From a virus (Duplodnaviria; Caudoviricetes): a stretch of DNA of 32,734 bases. The stretch spans positions 1-32,734 of the IMG/VR virus record IMGVR_UViG_3300032257_000503; one strand, 5' to 3'. The translations under genes were made by a program, and so were the position numbers. The stretch's first letter is position 1, and each line of letters opens with the position of its first letter. This document shows positions 1 to 8,098 of this stretch, one piece after another. The notes beneath the pieces were generated by a model. That model worked only from the letters and a program-made list of their open reading frames with translations, was not told where the DNA came from and ran no database searches.

Positions 1-170
1 CTCCAACTCCAGTCCCTACTCCTGCACCGACATTTAGTCCGCCTTCTCCTGCTCCAACACCTGCCCCAGGACCAGTTGCTATGAATATAAAAGATATAAA
101 AGATAATGGTTTGGGATATATCAATAATTATGGTCTAGATGAGGATGGACAAGGTTTGGACTTCATATAA
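1..170 (+). CDS. 5'-truncated CDS, C-terminal end with Pro/Thr/Ala-rich linker
   Basis: The frame starting at nt 3 is open to TAA 168-170 and reads PTPVPTPAPTFSPPSPAPTPAPGPVAMNIKDIKDNGLGYINNYGLDEDGQGLDFI*. Not in the ORF track because the start lies outside the window. Confidence 0.75.
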   Translation, partial: PTPVPTPAPTFSPPSPAPTPAPGPVAMNIKDIKDNGLGYINNYGLDEDGQGLDFI

Positions 171-185
171 ATGGAATAGATAATA

Positions 186-857
186 ATGCTTACGATAGAA
201 TATAGCGATAGTCCGGAATTGACGATATATGCGAACTTGTTTAGCGCAACAAGTAATACTAGTGCATTTAATGCGTCTACTAATGATTTTATTACGGTTG
301 ATGGGACAAATGAAATAGATGTAGCCATTGTATTAGATGAAATTTCTGTTAGACCAGGATTCTATAACTTTATTATAACAGATGTATCTAATATACCAGA
401 GACCGTCGATGGTCAATTCTATTTACTAGAAATATTTATTGCATTAGGGACTTCATTCGATAGATCTACTGATACTCTTGTTGGGACTATTCCGTTTTAT
501 TGGGATGGCGAGAAAGAAGTAGATGTTTGTGGATGTTCTGCTTCAGGATCAGACACTACTGCTCAATCTATATGGGAATATCAAGATAGGACCTTAACTC
601 AAGATTTAGAGTGTCCAGACCCTTATATAGAGTTAGAATGTCCAGACCCATACATAGATCTTGAGTGTCCAGATAATTCTCAAGAAATAGAAGATTTGAA
701 GAAATCATTAGAAATACAATTAGCATCAATAAACGAAACTTTGGAAAAAATAGAACAAAATCAATGCAATACAGTCTCAGTAACTTCCGTTCCATCTACT
801 CAAACACCGAGAATAAATAGAGGTAGTGGCGGTCAATCTAATATAAGAGTAACATAA
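186..857 (+). CDS. Hypothetical acidic phage protein with internal (D/E)LECPDPYI repeats and a short C-terminal coiled coil
   Basis: 223 aa ORF in the operon flow. Beta-rich N-terminus, IWEYQDRTLT motif, 9-aa repeats, then heptad-like EIEDLKKSLEIQLASINETLEKIEQ. Confidence 0.8.
   Translation: MLTIEYSDSPELTIYANLFSATSNTSAFNASTNDFITVDGTNEIDVAIVLDEISVRPGFYNFIITDVSNIPETVDGQFYLLEIFIALGTSFDRSTDTLVGTIPFYWDGEKEVDVCGCSASGSDTTAQSIWEYQDRTLTQDLECPDPYIELECPDPYIDLECPDNSQEIEDLKKSLEIQLASINETLEKIEQNQCNTVSVTSVPSTQTPRINRGSGGQSNIRVT
603..674 (+). repeat. 27-nt degenerate coding tandem repeat (about 2.7 copies)
   Basis: gatttagagtgtccagacccttatata / gagttagaatgtccagacccatacata / gatcttgagtgtccagat. Differences are almost all synonymous. 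Confidence 0.9.
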
Positions 858-880
858 TAGAGAATTCTTAGGAGAAAAAT

Positions 881-1885
881 ATGACCATTCAAGCAGTAGC
901 AGATTATAGGGGTACATTCGAGCAAGGGTCTTTGACCTCTCTTTTCTTGAAGATAACAAATTTTCAAGGAGATGCTGTTGATCCATCTGCTATATCTGTA
1001 GAAGTAACAGACTCCTTAGACGCATCTGTTACATCAGGAACTCCTGAGAAAATAGTAGAAGGTTTCTATATATTTGATTGGGACATTGATTCAGCACAGG
1101 ATGCTGGAGAGTATACTACAACATGGACTTATACTGTTGACGGAGTTGAGACAGACGCTGTTCAATCAGTTATTGTTGCTGCAACTGGAGATCTTGGTGG
1201 CGGTTCTCTTTATAGCGACAGGCTTTCTGGCTTTAGAGCTTCGGTCGATTTACATTTGCAATGCGCTCAATCAATTCCTGTATATGATGAACAGGGCCTT
1301 ATTTGCGATGACGAACAGACAGTCAGATTTACATTTCCAAGATGGAATCAGAATTCATATACACGAATATACCTAAATCAAAAACCAGTAACCAGTGGTA
1401 TTACGGTCAATTATTTCAAAGGAGAAATTATCTTTGATAGAGTTCTGACTGAGTATGATACAGTTACTGCGAGTTATAACTTTAGATGGTTTTCAGATGA
1501 TCAGATAGATCGCTTTATGAGTAATGCTTTGCATACTATAAATTTGTACCCACCATCAAGTAGTTATAATTTAGGAACTTTACCTCATAGGTTTATTCCG
1601 ATAATAATGTATGGAGCATCAAAGGATGCTCTTAGAGAATTGCTGTTATGTTTACAGTTTCAGCAACCTCAAGAAGTCTTTGGCGGAGGAGATGCTGCTC
1701 AGAAAGCTTTTTCAAATCTTGAGACGCTTAAGAAAAACTTCGAAGGCGATTATAATACATTGCTTGAACAAAAGAAACTTGGTCCATACATGGGTCTTAC
1801 AAAAACAACTGTTACTCCTGAATTCACATTACCAGGCGGTAGAAGTCGTTGGTTTAGATATCTTATGGGTGGATTCAGTCTATAA
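881..1885 (+). CDS. Putative virion structural protein: N-terminal Ig/BppU-like domain plus possible head-tail adaptor-like C-terminal domain
   Basis: SD AGGAG upstream. N-terminal DPSAISVEVTD..GFYIFDW..AGEYTTTWTYTV Ig-like pattern. Middle VNYFKGEIIFD..DTVTASYNF. FSDDQIDRFM followed by helices resembles connector proteins. Function is inferred. Confidence 0.55.
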   Translation: MTIQAVADYRGTFEQGSLTSLFLKITNFQGDAVDPSAISVEVTDSLDASVTSGTPEKIVEGFYIFDWDIDSAQDAGEYTTTWTYTVDGVETDAVQSVIVAATGDLGGGSLYSDRLSGFRASVDLHLQCAQSIPVYDEQGLICDDEQTVRFTFPRWNQNSYTRIYLNQKPVTSGITVNYFKGEIIFDRVLTEYDTVTASYNFRWFSDDQIDRFMSNALHTINLYPPSSSYNLGTLPHRFIPIIMYGASKDALRELLLCLQFQQPQEVFGGGDAAQKAFSNLETLKKNFEGDYNTLLEQKKLGPYMGLTKTTVTPEFTLPGGRSRWFRYLMGGFSL

Positions 1886-1898
1886 TAGGATAATTATT

Positions 1899-2459
1899 AT
1901 GAATTGGTATAAACAATCTAAAAAAGAAAACAGCTTTAGCTATGAAGACGAGCATCGTGCTTTGTGGAGGATTCTCATTAGCAAAGAGATGGAAAGATGT
2001 GGCATTCGTTTTGATCTAGAAAATGATTATGAAGTAAAAAGCAGAATGATGGACTGTGATCTAAAGCGAAATGAAGATGATGAATATAAGTATAAAGTAT
2101 ATGCTGAAATGTACGAGGCAGGAGGAGATTGGGAATGTCCTAATATTTACTTTAGATGCCAAATGTACAAAAAGTATAAAAATTCTCGTTGGTCATCTGG
2201 CGAGAAGTTTGTTTATATTCCGAAAAAGAATTTGAATCTAAAAGATGGTCAAGCAATTCATAATGATGAGAGCGTAAGTGAGTGTAATAGGCTTCAAGAT
2301 TTCAAAGAAAAAGATTTATGGGATATGTTGCAAAAAGAATCAATACTTCGTAAAAAACAAGAGTGGAAAATGAATGAGACATCAGATAACTATGATACAG
2401 ATTCATGGTCAGCAGGTTATGTTGGTAATCTTCTCAAACACTGGAAGTCTGAGGACTAA
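1899..2459 (+). CDS. Hypothetical phage protein (186 aa) starting MNWYKQSK
   Basis: The ORF track start at 1611 overlaps the previous gene. ATG 1899 follows AGGA at 1887-1890, just after the upstream stop. Contains a conserved-looking AGGDWECPNIYFRCQ motif. Confidence 0.8.
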   Translation: MNWYKQSKKENSFSYEDEHRALWRILISKEMERCGIRFDLENDYEVKSRMMDCDLKRNEDDEYKYKVYAEMYEAGGDWECPNIYFRCQMYKKYKNSRWSSGEKFVYIPKKNLNLKDGQAIHNDESVSECNRLQDFKEKDLWDMLQKESILRKKQEWKMNETSDNYDTDSWSAGYVGNLLKHWKSED

Positions 2460-2462
2460 TAT

Positions 2463-2981
2463 ATGAATTGGTATAATAAAGTTATTGCAGAGTCTCATAA
2501 ATTTTCTACTGTCATGTTAGAGATAGATGGAAGCCTAAGAACTGAGATTATGAAGTTCATAGATGAATCTATTCAAGATTGCGATGTTGCTAGCGATGGA
2601 AAAGAAGATAATCCTCACGTAACAGCTTTGTATGGATTGCATACAGGCTCTACTCAAAAGATAAAAGATCATATTGCTGATGTAGAATCGTTTGAGATAA
2701 CTTTGGGGAAAATAAGCAAATTCACAACAAGCGACGAGCATGATGTTTTGAAAGTAGAAATAGAGAGTAGTAGTTTGAGAAAAATACATTCTCTACTGAA
2801 AGAGCTTCCTTATACGTCCACTCACAAAGACTATAATCCCCATCTAACCTTAGCCTATGTAAACAAGGGTGCATGCGAAGACCTTGTTGGCTCAGATATT
2901 TTTAGCGGGAAAAAGTTTGACGTAAACACTCTTGTTTTTAGTTCTAAAACAGAAGATAAGACAAATATAAATCTCCAATAA
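2463..2981 (+). CDS. 2H phosphoesterase (LigT-like fold), resembling anti-CBASS Acb1 / T4 gp57B
   Basis: Two HxT motifs, PHVTALYG and DYNPHLTLAY, with DVLKVEIESSSLRKIH between them. SD GAGGA upstream. Confidence 0.85.
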   Translation: MNWYNKVIAESHKFSTVMLEIDGSLRTEIMKFIDESIQDCDVASDGKEDNPHVTALYGLHTGSTQKIKDHIADVESFEITLGKISKFTTSDEHDVLKVEIESSSLRKIHSLLKELPYTSTHKDYNPHLTLAYVNKGACEDLVGSDIFSGKKFDVNTLVFSSKTEDKTNINLQ

Positions 2982-2988
2982 GACGATA
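2982..2988 (+). promoter_or_regulatory. GNCGATA intergenic motif (putative phage promoter element), copy 1
   Basis: GACGATA then an AT-rich tract and SD. Recurs at 4579, 11064, 13949 and 18778. Confidence 0.5.
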
Positions 2989-3009
2989 CTGTAATATAGG
3001 AGTAATATT

Positions 3010-3306
3010 ATGTCAATCGAAAACATGACTCGTGAACAGAAGAAGAAAATAATAGAAGCAATAAGATCTAAGAAAACAGAATTCATATTCATTCCTAGTA
3101 GATCTCTAAAAGATAAAATAATGCAGAATGAAGATACGTTCATAGTTTCTCTTCCTTCGGGGATGCCTGAAATTCTTTTGGGCTGTCCAGATGGCAAGGG
3201 AATATCTCTTGCTCCAGATTTAGTTGTTAAAATGATCAACGGAAATCTAGACGCAAAAAATAAATACATACTATCAATGGGCAATGTTATAGTAAAAGGC
3301 ATGTAA
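3010..3306 (+). CDS. Hypothetical protein (98 aa)
   Basis: SD AGGAG upstream, intact ORF, no recognisable motif. Confidence 0.8.
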   Translation: MSIENMTREQKKKIIEAIRSKKTEFIFIPSRSLKDKIMQNEDTFIVSLPSGMPEILLGCPDGKGISLAPDLVVKMINGNLDAKNKYILSMGNVIVKGM

Positions 3307-3350
3307 TATAGTGTGATTATTTTATAAAATCAGAAGTAGAGATTCTTCTG

Positions 3351-3377
3351 AAGGATAAGTAGATCTACTAATTGTAT
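3351..3377 (+). promoter_or_regulatory. AAGG(A/G)-N17-YG(A/T)A bipartite promoter-like motif, copy 1, with 12-bp palindrome AGTAGATCTACT in the spacer
   Basis: AAGGA 3351-3355, 17-nt spacer, TGTAT at 3373. Same spacing at 4619, 12319 and 15511. Confidence 0.45.
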
Positions 3378-3406
3378 TAATAAGTGTTCCCTTGATGGAG
3401 CTATTT

Positions 3407-3808
3407 ATGAGCAATAAAGTGTTTAGAAATTTCGAAGAGTTTGTGTCCTTAACCAGGCCTCTCGATATACATCAAAGAAAAATATTAATTGAGAGTCTTC
3501 CCAAGACTGAAAGAGATGCATTATTGTTGCATTGGAAATCAGAAGGTTGGGAAGACTTATTTGTTCGTAATGAAATTGATAAAATAATAAACAATATAAG
3601 AAAGGAATTTGATGAAGATTTAATCTTGATTAGAATACAAATCAAAGACGGAAATATACGCAAGGTGCGTAAAGTTTTTTGGAATAAGATTTGTTCATTG
3701 TTAGATAAATATTCTGAAGAGCAGAAGGCTTACGCTCTTGAAGGAATAGAGTTTGAAGTATTAGATGATGAATGGATTTTACTAGTACCATATAAGAAAA
3801 AAGGATAA
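3407..3808 (+). CDS. Hypothetical protein (about 133 aa)
   Basis: Start moved from TTG 3392 to ATG 3407, which lies 6 nt after GGAG. Helical and charged. Confidence 0.75.
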   Translation: MSNKVFRNFEEFVSLTRPLDIHQRKILIESLPKTERDALLLHWKSEGWEDLFVRNEIDKIINNIRKEFDEDLILIRIQIKDGNIRKVRKVFWNKICSLLDKYSEEQKAYALEGIEFEVLDDEWILLVPYKKKG

Positions 3809-3816
3809 ACATACTT

Positions 3817-4575
3817 ATGTCAAAGCGAATTCGAGGAGAGTCGTCTACGGTCAATAAAGGTAACACTTTATCAAAATCGAAATCACCCAAATTAGTTCCA
3901 GTAGTTACTGCGAAAAATCCAGGCCAAAAAGAAGCTCTGAGAACTATCAGCGAGAAAAAGATTACATTCATTACGGGAGTTCCCGGCTCAGGAAAGACAC
4001 ATGTTTCTGTAGGGTGGGGTCTTCAAGAGATGAATAAGGGAAGATTTGAAAGACTTATATTATCTAGACCTCTTGTTGAAGCAGGAGAAAATCTAGGATA
4101 CCTCCCAGGTTCAGCAGAAGACAAAATAGCTCCATACATGATGCCTATATATGAAATACTCAGGCACTATATGTCTGATGATCAGATAAAGAAGATGGAA
4201 CAAGAAAAGAAGATAATGATTTTGCCGATAGCTTACATGCGTGGAGTCACGTTTAATAACTCATTTGTTGTCGTTGATGAATGCCAGAATGCCTCAATTA
4301 GACAAATGCATCTCATTCTTACTCGTTTAGGGGAAAACTCTAAGATTGTAATGACAGGAGATACCTATCAGAGCGACATTATGGGAAGAGGCCTTGTTGC
4401 CAATGGTTTAGAAGATGCTGTAAATAGAATGCAAGATATCGAGGAGATAGGGCTTGTTGACTTAGGTTACGAATCATGCGTCAGAGACCCTCTGGTCAAT
4501 CTTATTGATGAGAGATATAGGAACCCACTAACTTATCCACCACCTAATAAAGGCAATAGAGAGACTTTCGAGTAA
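3817..4575 (+). CDS. phoH: PhoH-family ATPase
   Basis: Walker A GVPGSGKT plus LILSRPLVEAGENLGYLPG, AYMRGVTF, VVDECQN and LTRLGENSKIVMTGDTYQSD. Confidence 0.96.
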   Translation: MSKRIRGESSTVNKGNTLSKSKSPKLVPVVTAKNPGQKEALRTISEKKITFITGVPGSGKTHVSVGWGLQEMNKGRFERLILSRPLVEAGENLGYLPGSAEDKIAPYMMPIYEILRHYMSDDQIKKMEQEKKIMILPIAYMRGVTFNNSFVVVDECQNASIRQMHLILTRLGENSKIVMTGDTYQSDIMGRGLVANGLEDAVNRMQDIEEIGLVDLGYESCVRDPLVNLIDERYRNPLTYPPPNKGNRETFE

Positions 4576-4578
4576 ATT

Positions 4579-4585
4579 GCCGATA
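4579..4585 (+). promoter_or_regulatory. GNCGATA motif, copy 2 (GCCGATAA, identical to the sigma28 -10 consensus)
   Basis: Immediately after the phoH stop. No TAAA -35 at sigma28 spacing. Confidence 0.5.
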
Positions 4586-4597
4586 ATATAATTAGGA

Positions 4598-4638
4598 ATA
4601 GATAGCCAGTATTCTTGCAAGGAATATTGGTTATCTAT
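4598..4638 (+). other. 18-19 bp RNA hairpin with three G-U pairs
   Basis: ATAGATAGCCAGTATTCTT-gca-AGGAATATTGGTTATCTAT pairs fully on the + strand when G-U pairs are allowed. Confidence 0.75.
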
Positions 4639-4645
4639 ATTGAAA
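4619..4645 (+). promoter_or_regulatory. AAGGA-N17-TGAAA promoter-like motif, copy 2
   Basis: AAGGA 4619-4623 and TGAAA at 4641, upstream of the 875 aa gene. Confidence 0.5.
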
Positions 4646-4696
4646 AAGATAATATAGATAAGTTTAACAAATAGATATCAAAAGAAGAGGATAGGT

Positions 4697-7324
4697 ATGA
4701 ATTTTTTCCGCAAAGCACTAGCAAAGGTAACTCGTAGGCAAATTATTGCTGATATGTACGATGAAAATGCGGTTATTAATCAACAACCAGCGGCTGAGAT
4801 GCCTCCTGTAGATGTTGTAAACGTAGCTCCGCCACAGCAGCCTGTTGAAAACAAAGCTCCTTACTCAAGAAACAAAAACAGAAGAGAAGAACTCAATAGA
4901 CTCAAAAGTAAGAATGAGAATAAGGGGTTTACTCAGGATGTTGGCTATTTAGGATATAGTTCTCAGGAATATAATACTGTTCTTCCTTTGATGAAAGATG
5001 GCATAAAGCCATACTTTACTCCAGGACAGATGACAGGTATTGACCTCTTAGATAGATATGAAATAGATCCAGAATTTCAATCAACCTTTCCTCAGGAATG
5101 GGTTGAATCAGATTACTGGTTGCCATTACTTGCAGAGGCTATCAAACAAGTAGAAGAAGAAGGAATGGGACAACAAGCTACTCCTTCTATTGTTGATCCT
5201 GGATCTGTAAACGAAATCAGACAGCCAGAACAAGTTGCTATTTGGGATGAGCAACAAATGAATTCCTTTATAGCGACAAAAGATCCTTCAGCTCCATTGC
5301 CAGAAGAGATAGCTAATGTTCCGGCTAACCTTGCAGCATATCTTGAAATGTCAAAAGTTCAAGAAGTTCAATTTATATCTGAACTTTCTTCCAGAGAAGA
5401 ACAAATGAAAATGGAAGAATTATCAACTCTAAGGGGTGTTCCTCCTACAGAATTGGCAGCTTCTGTTTTTGATAATTTGATAAAAGATAATATAGATAGA
5501 ATGGAAATGCTTTCAGGAGATAATAGATTTAGTGACCAAATAGACGCTTGGCCTCTTGATTTGTCTGAATATGTTTTCAAAGGGGTAGATGGCGGAGTTG
5601 GTAAAAACGGAGAAAAAGATTTCCGTATTCGTTTTTTCTTGGATGGTGGATCTGAATTTGCTCCTGCTGAAGTAAAACAATGGATGGAAGAAGAAGACGG
5701 TAGAAATAATCCAGAAAAATGGGAAAACTATAGAGATCTATATAATAACCATATAGAGCAATTGAGTGAGCAAATTCAAAATATAGCAGACCCTTCAATC
5801 CCTTTCTTCAATGAATATGGCGAGCAAGATGATGATATGAAGATAAGAGCGGAAGAAACTCTTTGGAACTATATTGTTAGAAAATTACAATCCAAAACAA
5901 TGAGAAAAAGAAAGACTGAGTTTCAGGAATCAGATGGTCCAGGAAACGAAGACGGTTCAACATCTCTATCTGAGCAAATAGAAGCAACTCCTCAAAAGGC
6001 AGACGCATCAAAACTATCCGAAGAAGACAGAGAAAAGTACATGTCTTCATTATTCGGAGATTTCTCATCTATGGCTGATCAAATACATGACCTAGCGAAA
6101 GATGCAAGAGATTATTTGTTTGACAAGTATGGAAGAGAAGAAATGGTTGCCAGCAAATCAGGCAAGCAAGTATCTAATGCCCCATTCTATGCGGCGTTAA
6201 CAATTGATGCTCTTGGCGAGCTTGGAGCCGAAGCGATGAGAGGTTGGCAGGAACTTTCAGAATCAGGGCAACTAACTCCAGCAGAGCTTGATAAGTTGAG
6301 CAAGGGTAAGCAAATATCAAGATCTCCAAAGAGAGTAAGTAAAGATGCTACGCCAGATGAATTGAGCGAAATACAAAATAAGAAAAGACTTGGTAATCTA
6401 AAGTATGATCCAGAGTCACAAAACAACTGGTCAGCTATAAATTGGCAAGGGTTGGTTCCTCCAGGTCTTGCTTTGAATAGAGTTATGGATTTACACTCAG
6501 GGAATCTTGAAGGCTCAGAGGATGACCCAAATAGTTATAGAAACATAATTCCTAATCTTGAAAACTGGAGAGGTAGACCTCTCGAAGGCATGGAGGCTGG
6601 AAAGAATGAACAATCTAATGTCGGATATGCTGCTCAGCTTATATCAACTGAATTGGGAGACTTTTTGATAGATAATGCTTTTGAAAAGTATCCTAAAAAT
6701 GTTATTTTAGCATTCCTCAATTCAACAAAAGCTTTTACAGGAGTTTCTGATTTTGCTAGATATACTGTTTATTCAGGAGAAGTTGGAGAAAACGCTAGAA
6801 AAGAACTCTTATCAGATAGTCTAGCTCATGGAATGGTTTCTGAAGAGGGTATGGCTTCCCTGAATCACTACTTAGATACTAATGGCATAAAGCAACAAGG
6901 CATGCCTGTTGAAGAGTCTCATATAGAGATGATGCCAGACAATGTTGTATATGATTCTGTAAAAGATAGAATCTCTAGAATAAAGAAAGAGCAGTTCAAG
7001 CAGATTCCTATGACTATGTGGAACTCTGTTTCTAATATTATGAGTTTGCCAGAAGATAAGACTGTTGGCACGCCTCCTTCTAAAGAAGACAGAGAAGAAT
7101 GGAATACTAGAAGAAATAACGATTTCAATATTAGACAGAGAGCTAAGCGTAGAGCAAGCGCTGTATATGAGATAATCAAAACAGCTCTTTCTGGAATAGA
7201 AGACTTGAGAATGCTGAAGAGCAGTATGGGCAAATTCGCTTCAACGGATATTATTGACAACCAAATAAGATCCATTTCTGAAGAAGCGAGGATAGCTATA
7301 GACGAGGTTAGGAGAACCATGTGA
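4697..7324 (+). CDS. Large acidic, mostly helical protein (875 aa), candidate internal head/core protein
   Basis: Basic N-terminal peptide MNFFRKALAKVTRRQIIA, then acidic Pro/Gln-rich sequence. No catalytic motif recognised. Function is inferred only. Confidence 0.6.
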   Translation: MNFFRKALAKVTRRQIIADMYDENAVINQQPAAEMPPVDVVNVAPPQQPVENKAPYSRNKNRREELNRLKSKNENKGFTQDVGYLGYSSQEYNTVLPLMKDGIKPYFTPGQMTGIDLLDRYEIDPEFQSTFPQEWVESDYWLPLLAEAIKQVEEEGMGQQATPSIVDPGSVNEIRQPEQVAIWDEQQMNSFIATKDPSAPLPEEIANVPANLAAYLEMSKVQEVQFISELSSREEQMKMEELSTLRGVPPTELAASVFDNLIKDNIDRMEMLSGDNRFSDQIDAWPLDLSEYVFKGVDGGVGKNGEKDFRIRFFLDGGSEFAPAEVKQWMEEEDGRNNPEKWENYRDLYNNHIEQLSEQIQNIADPSIPFFNEYGEQDDDMKIRAEETLWNYIVRKLQSKTMRKRKTEFQESDGPGNEDGSTSLSEQIEATPQKADASKLSEEDREKYMSSLFGDFSSMADQIHDLAKDARDYLFDKYGREEMVASKSGKQVSNAPFYAALTIDALGELGAEAMRGWQELSESGQLTPAELDKLSKGKQISRSPKRVSKDATPDELSEIQNKKRLGNLKYDPESQNNWSAINWQGLVPPGLALNRVMDLHSGNLEGSEDDPNSYRNIIPNLENWRGRPLEGMEAGKNEQSNVGYAAQLISTELGDFLIDNAFEKYPKNVILAFLNSTKAFTGVSDFARYTVYSGEVGENARKELLSDSLAHGMVSEEGMASLNHYLDTNGIKQQGMPVEESHIEMMPDNVVYDSVKDRISRIKKEQFKQIPMTMWNSVSNIMSLPEDKTVGTPPSKEDREEWNTRRNNDFNIRQRAKRRASAVYEIIKTALSGIEDLRMLKSSMGKFASTDIIDNQIRSISEEARIAIDEVRRTM

Positions 7325-7494
7325 ATATAACTTGCGTGTGTTCAAAATGTGGTAATCATGAAAAAGAGCCATCTATAGAGATAAATTTCCGAGAAGGTAA
7401 AATCTATTGGTATTGCGCAGAGTGCGAGCAAACGAACAGTATCAATATAACTCCTCCTGAAACAGGATTGCCTAGAACAAGATTGAGAAGATAA
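7321..7494 (+). CDS. Small zinc-ribbon protein (57 aa), absent from the ORF track
   Basis: GTG start overlaps the upstream stop (GTGA), with AGGAG 6 nt upstream. Reads MNITCVCSKCGNHEKEPSIEINFREGKIYWYCAECEQTNSINITPPETGLPRTRLRR*, with two CxxC pairs. It fills the gap exactly. Confidence 0.85.
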   Translation: MNITCVCSKCGNHEKEPSIEINFREGKIYWYCAECEQTNSINITPPETGLPRTRLRR

Positions 7495-7495
7495 A

Positions 7496-8098
7496 ATGTA
7501 TATTGTTAAGAACGTAACAAGACATCCAGTTTCTATATCAGATCTTAGGGCAGAAATTGCTCCAGGCAAAGTTGAGGACTTAGATAGACTATCCACTCGA
7601 TATCGGATAGATCAGTCAAAGGATTTGAATATAGCTATGAGAAGAGGGGCTTTGAAAGTCTTGAAGAAAGACGATCCGAACGCTCCTTCGAGGCTAATGG
7701 AACCATCTACTAATAATATAACGATTAACGAGCAAGATAATGTTGAAGTTATAAAAGAAATGCAAAAGATGGAAAAGAGAATTGTGGAAAGAGTAAATGC
7801 TCAAGTACAAAAAGCAGAAGCTACCCCACAACAATTGGACCCTCAAGCAGTAGAAGCTCTACAGGCAGCCATTGACTCGTTAAAAGGAATGGTAGGCAAT
7901 GGTGGAGGACAAGTAGCTCAGAGTATGGATAAAGCAAATACTGTTGAGACAGAAATTCCAAATGATGTAGCAGTAGATATTCATCAGAGGACGATAGATA
8001 GACTGTCTAAAGGTAGCACAGGTAGTATAAAACAACAAGAAACATCGGGATCTTCCGATGTAGATAAAAACATAGATGAATTAGGAGATATATTATGA
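7496..8098 (+). CDS. Hypothetical protein (200 aa) with small N-terminal domain, coiled coil and acidic amphipathic C-terminal tail; candidate actin adaptor
   Basis: VEVIKEMQKMEKRIVERVNAQVQK coiled coil and C-terminus DVDKNIDELGDIL. ATGA overlap with the actin gene. Confidence 0.7.
   Translation: MYIVKNVTRHPVSISDLRAEIAPGKVEDLDRLSTRYRIDQSKDLNIAMRRGALKVLKKDDPNAPSRLMEPSTNNITINEQDNVEVIKEMQKMEKRIVERVNAQVQKAEATPQQLDPQAVEALQAAIDSLKGMVGNGGGQVAQSMDKANTVETEIPNDVAVDIHQRTIDRLSKGSTGSIKQQETSGSSDVDKNIDELGDIL

Noticed and set aside
603-674. Short direct repeats as a possible CRISPR array or iteron
   Set aside because: They are in-frame coding repeats with no spacers and synonymous divergence.
1611-1898. 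N-terminal 96 aa of the ORF-track call 1611..2459
   Set aside because: It overlaps 881..1885 out of frame. ATG 1899 has an SD and the MNWY start.
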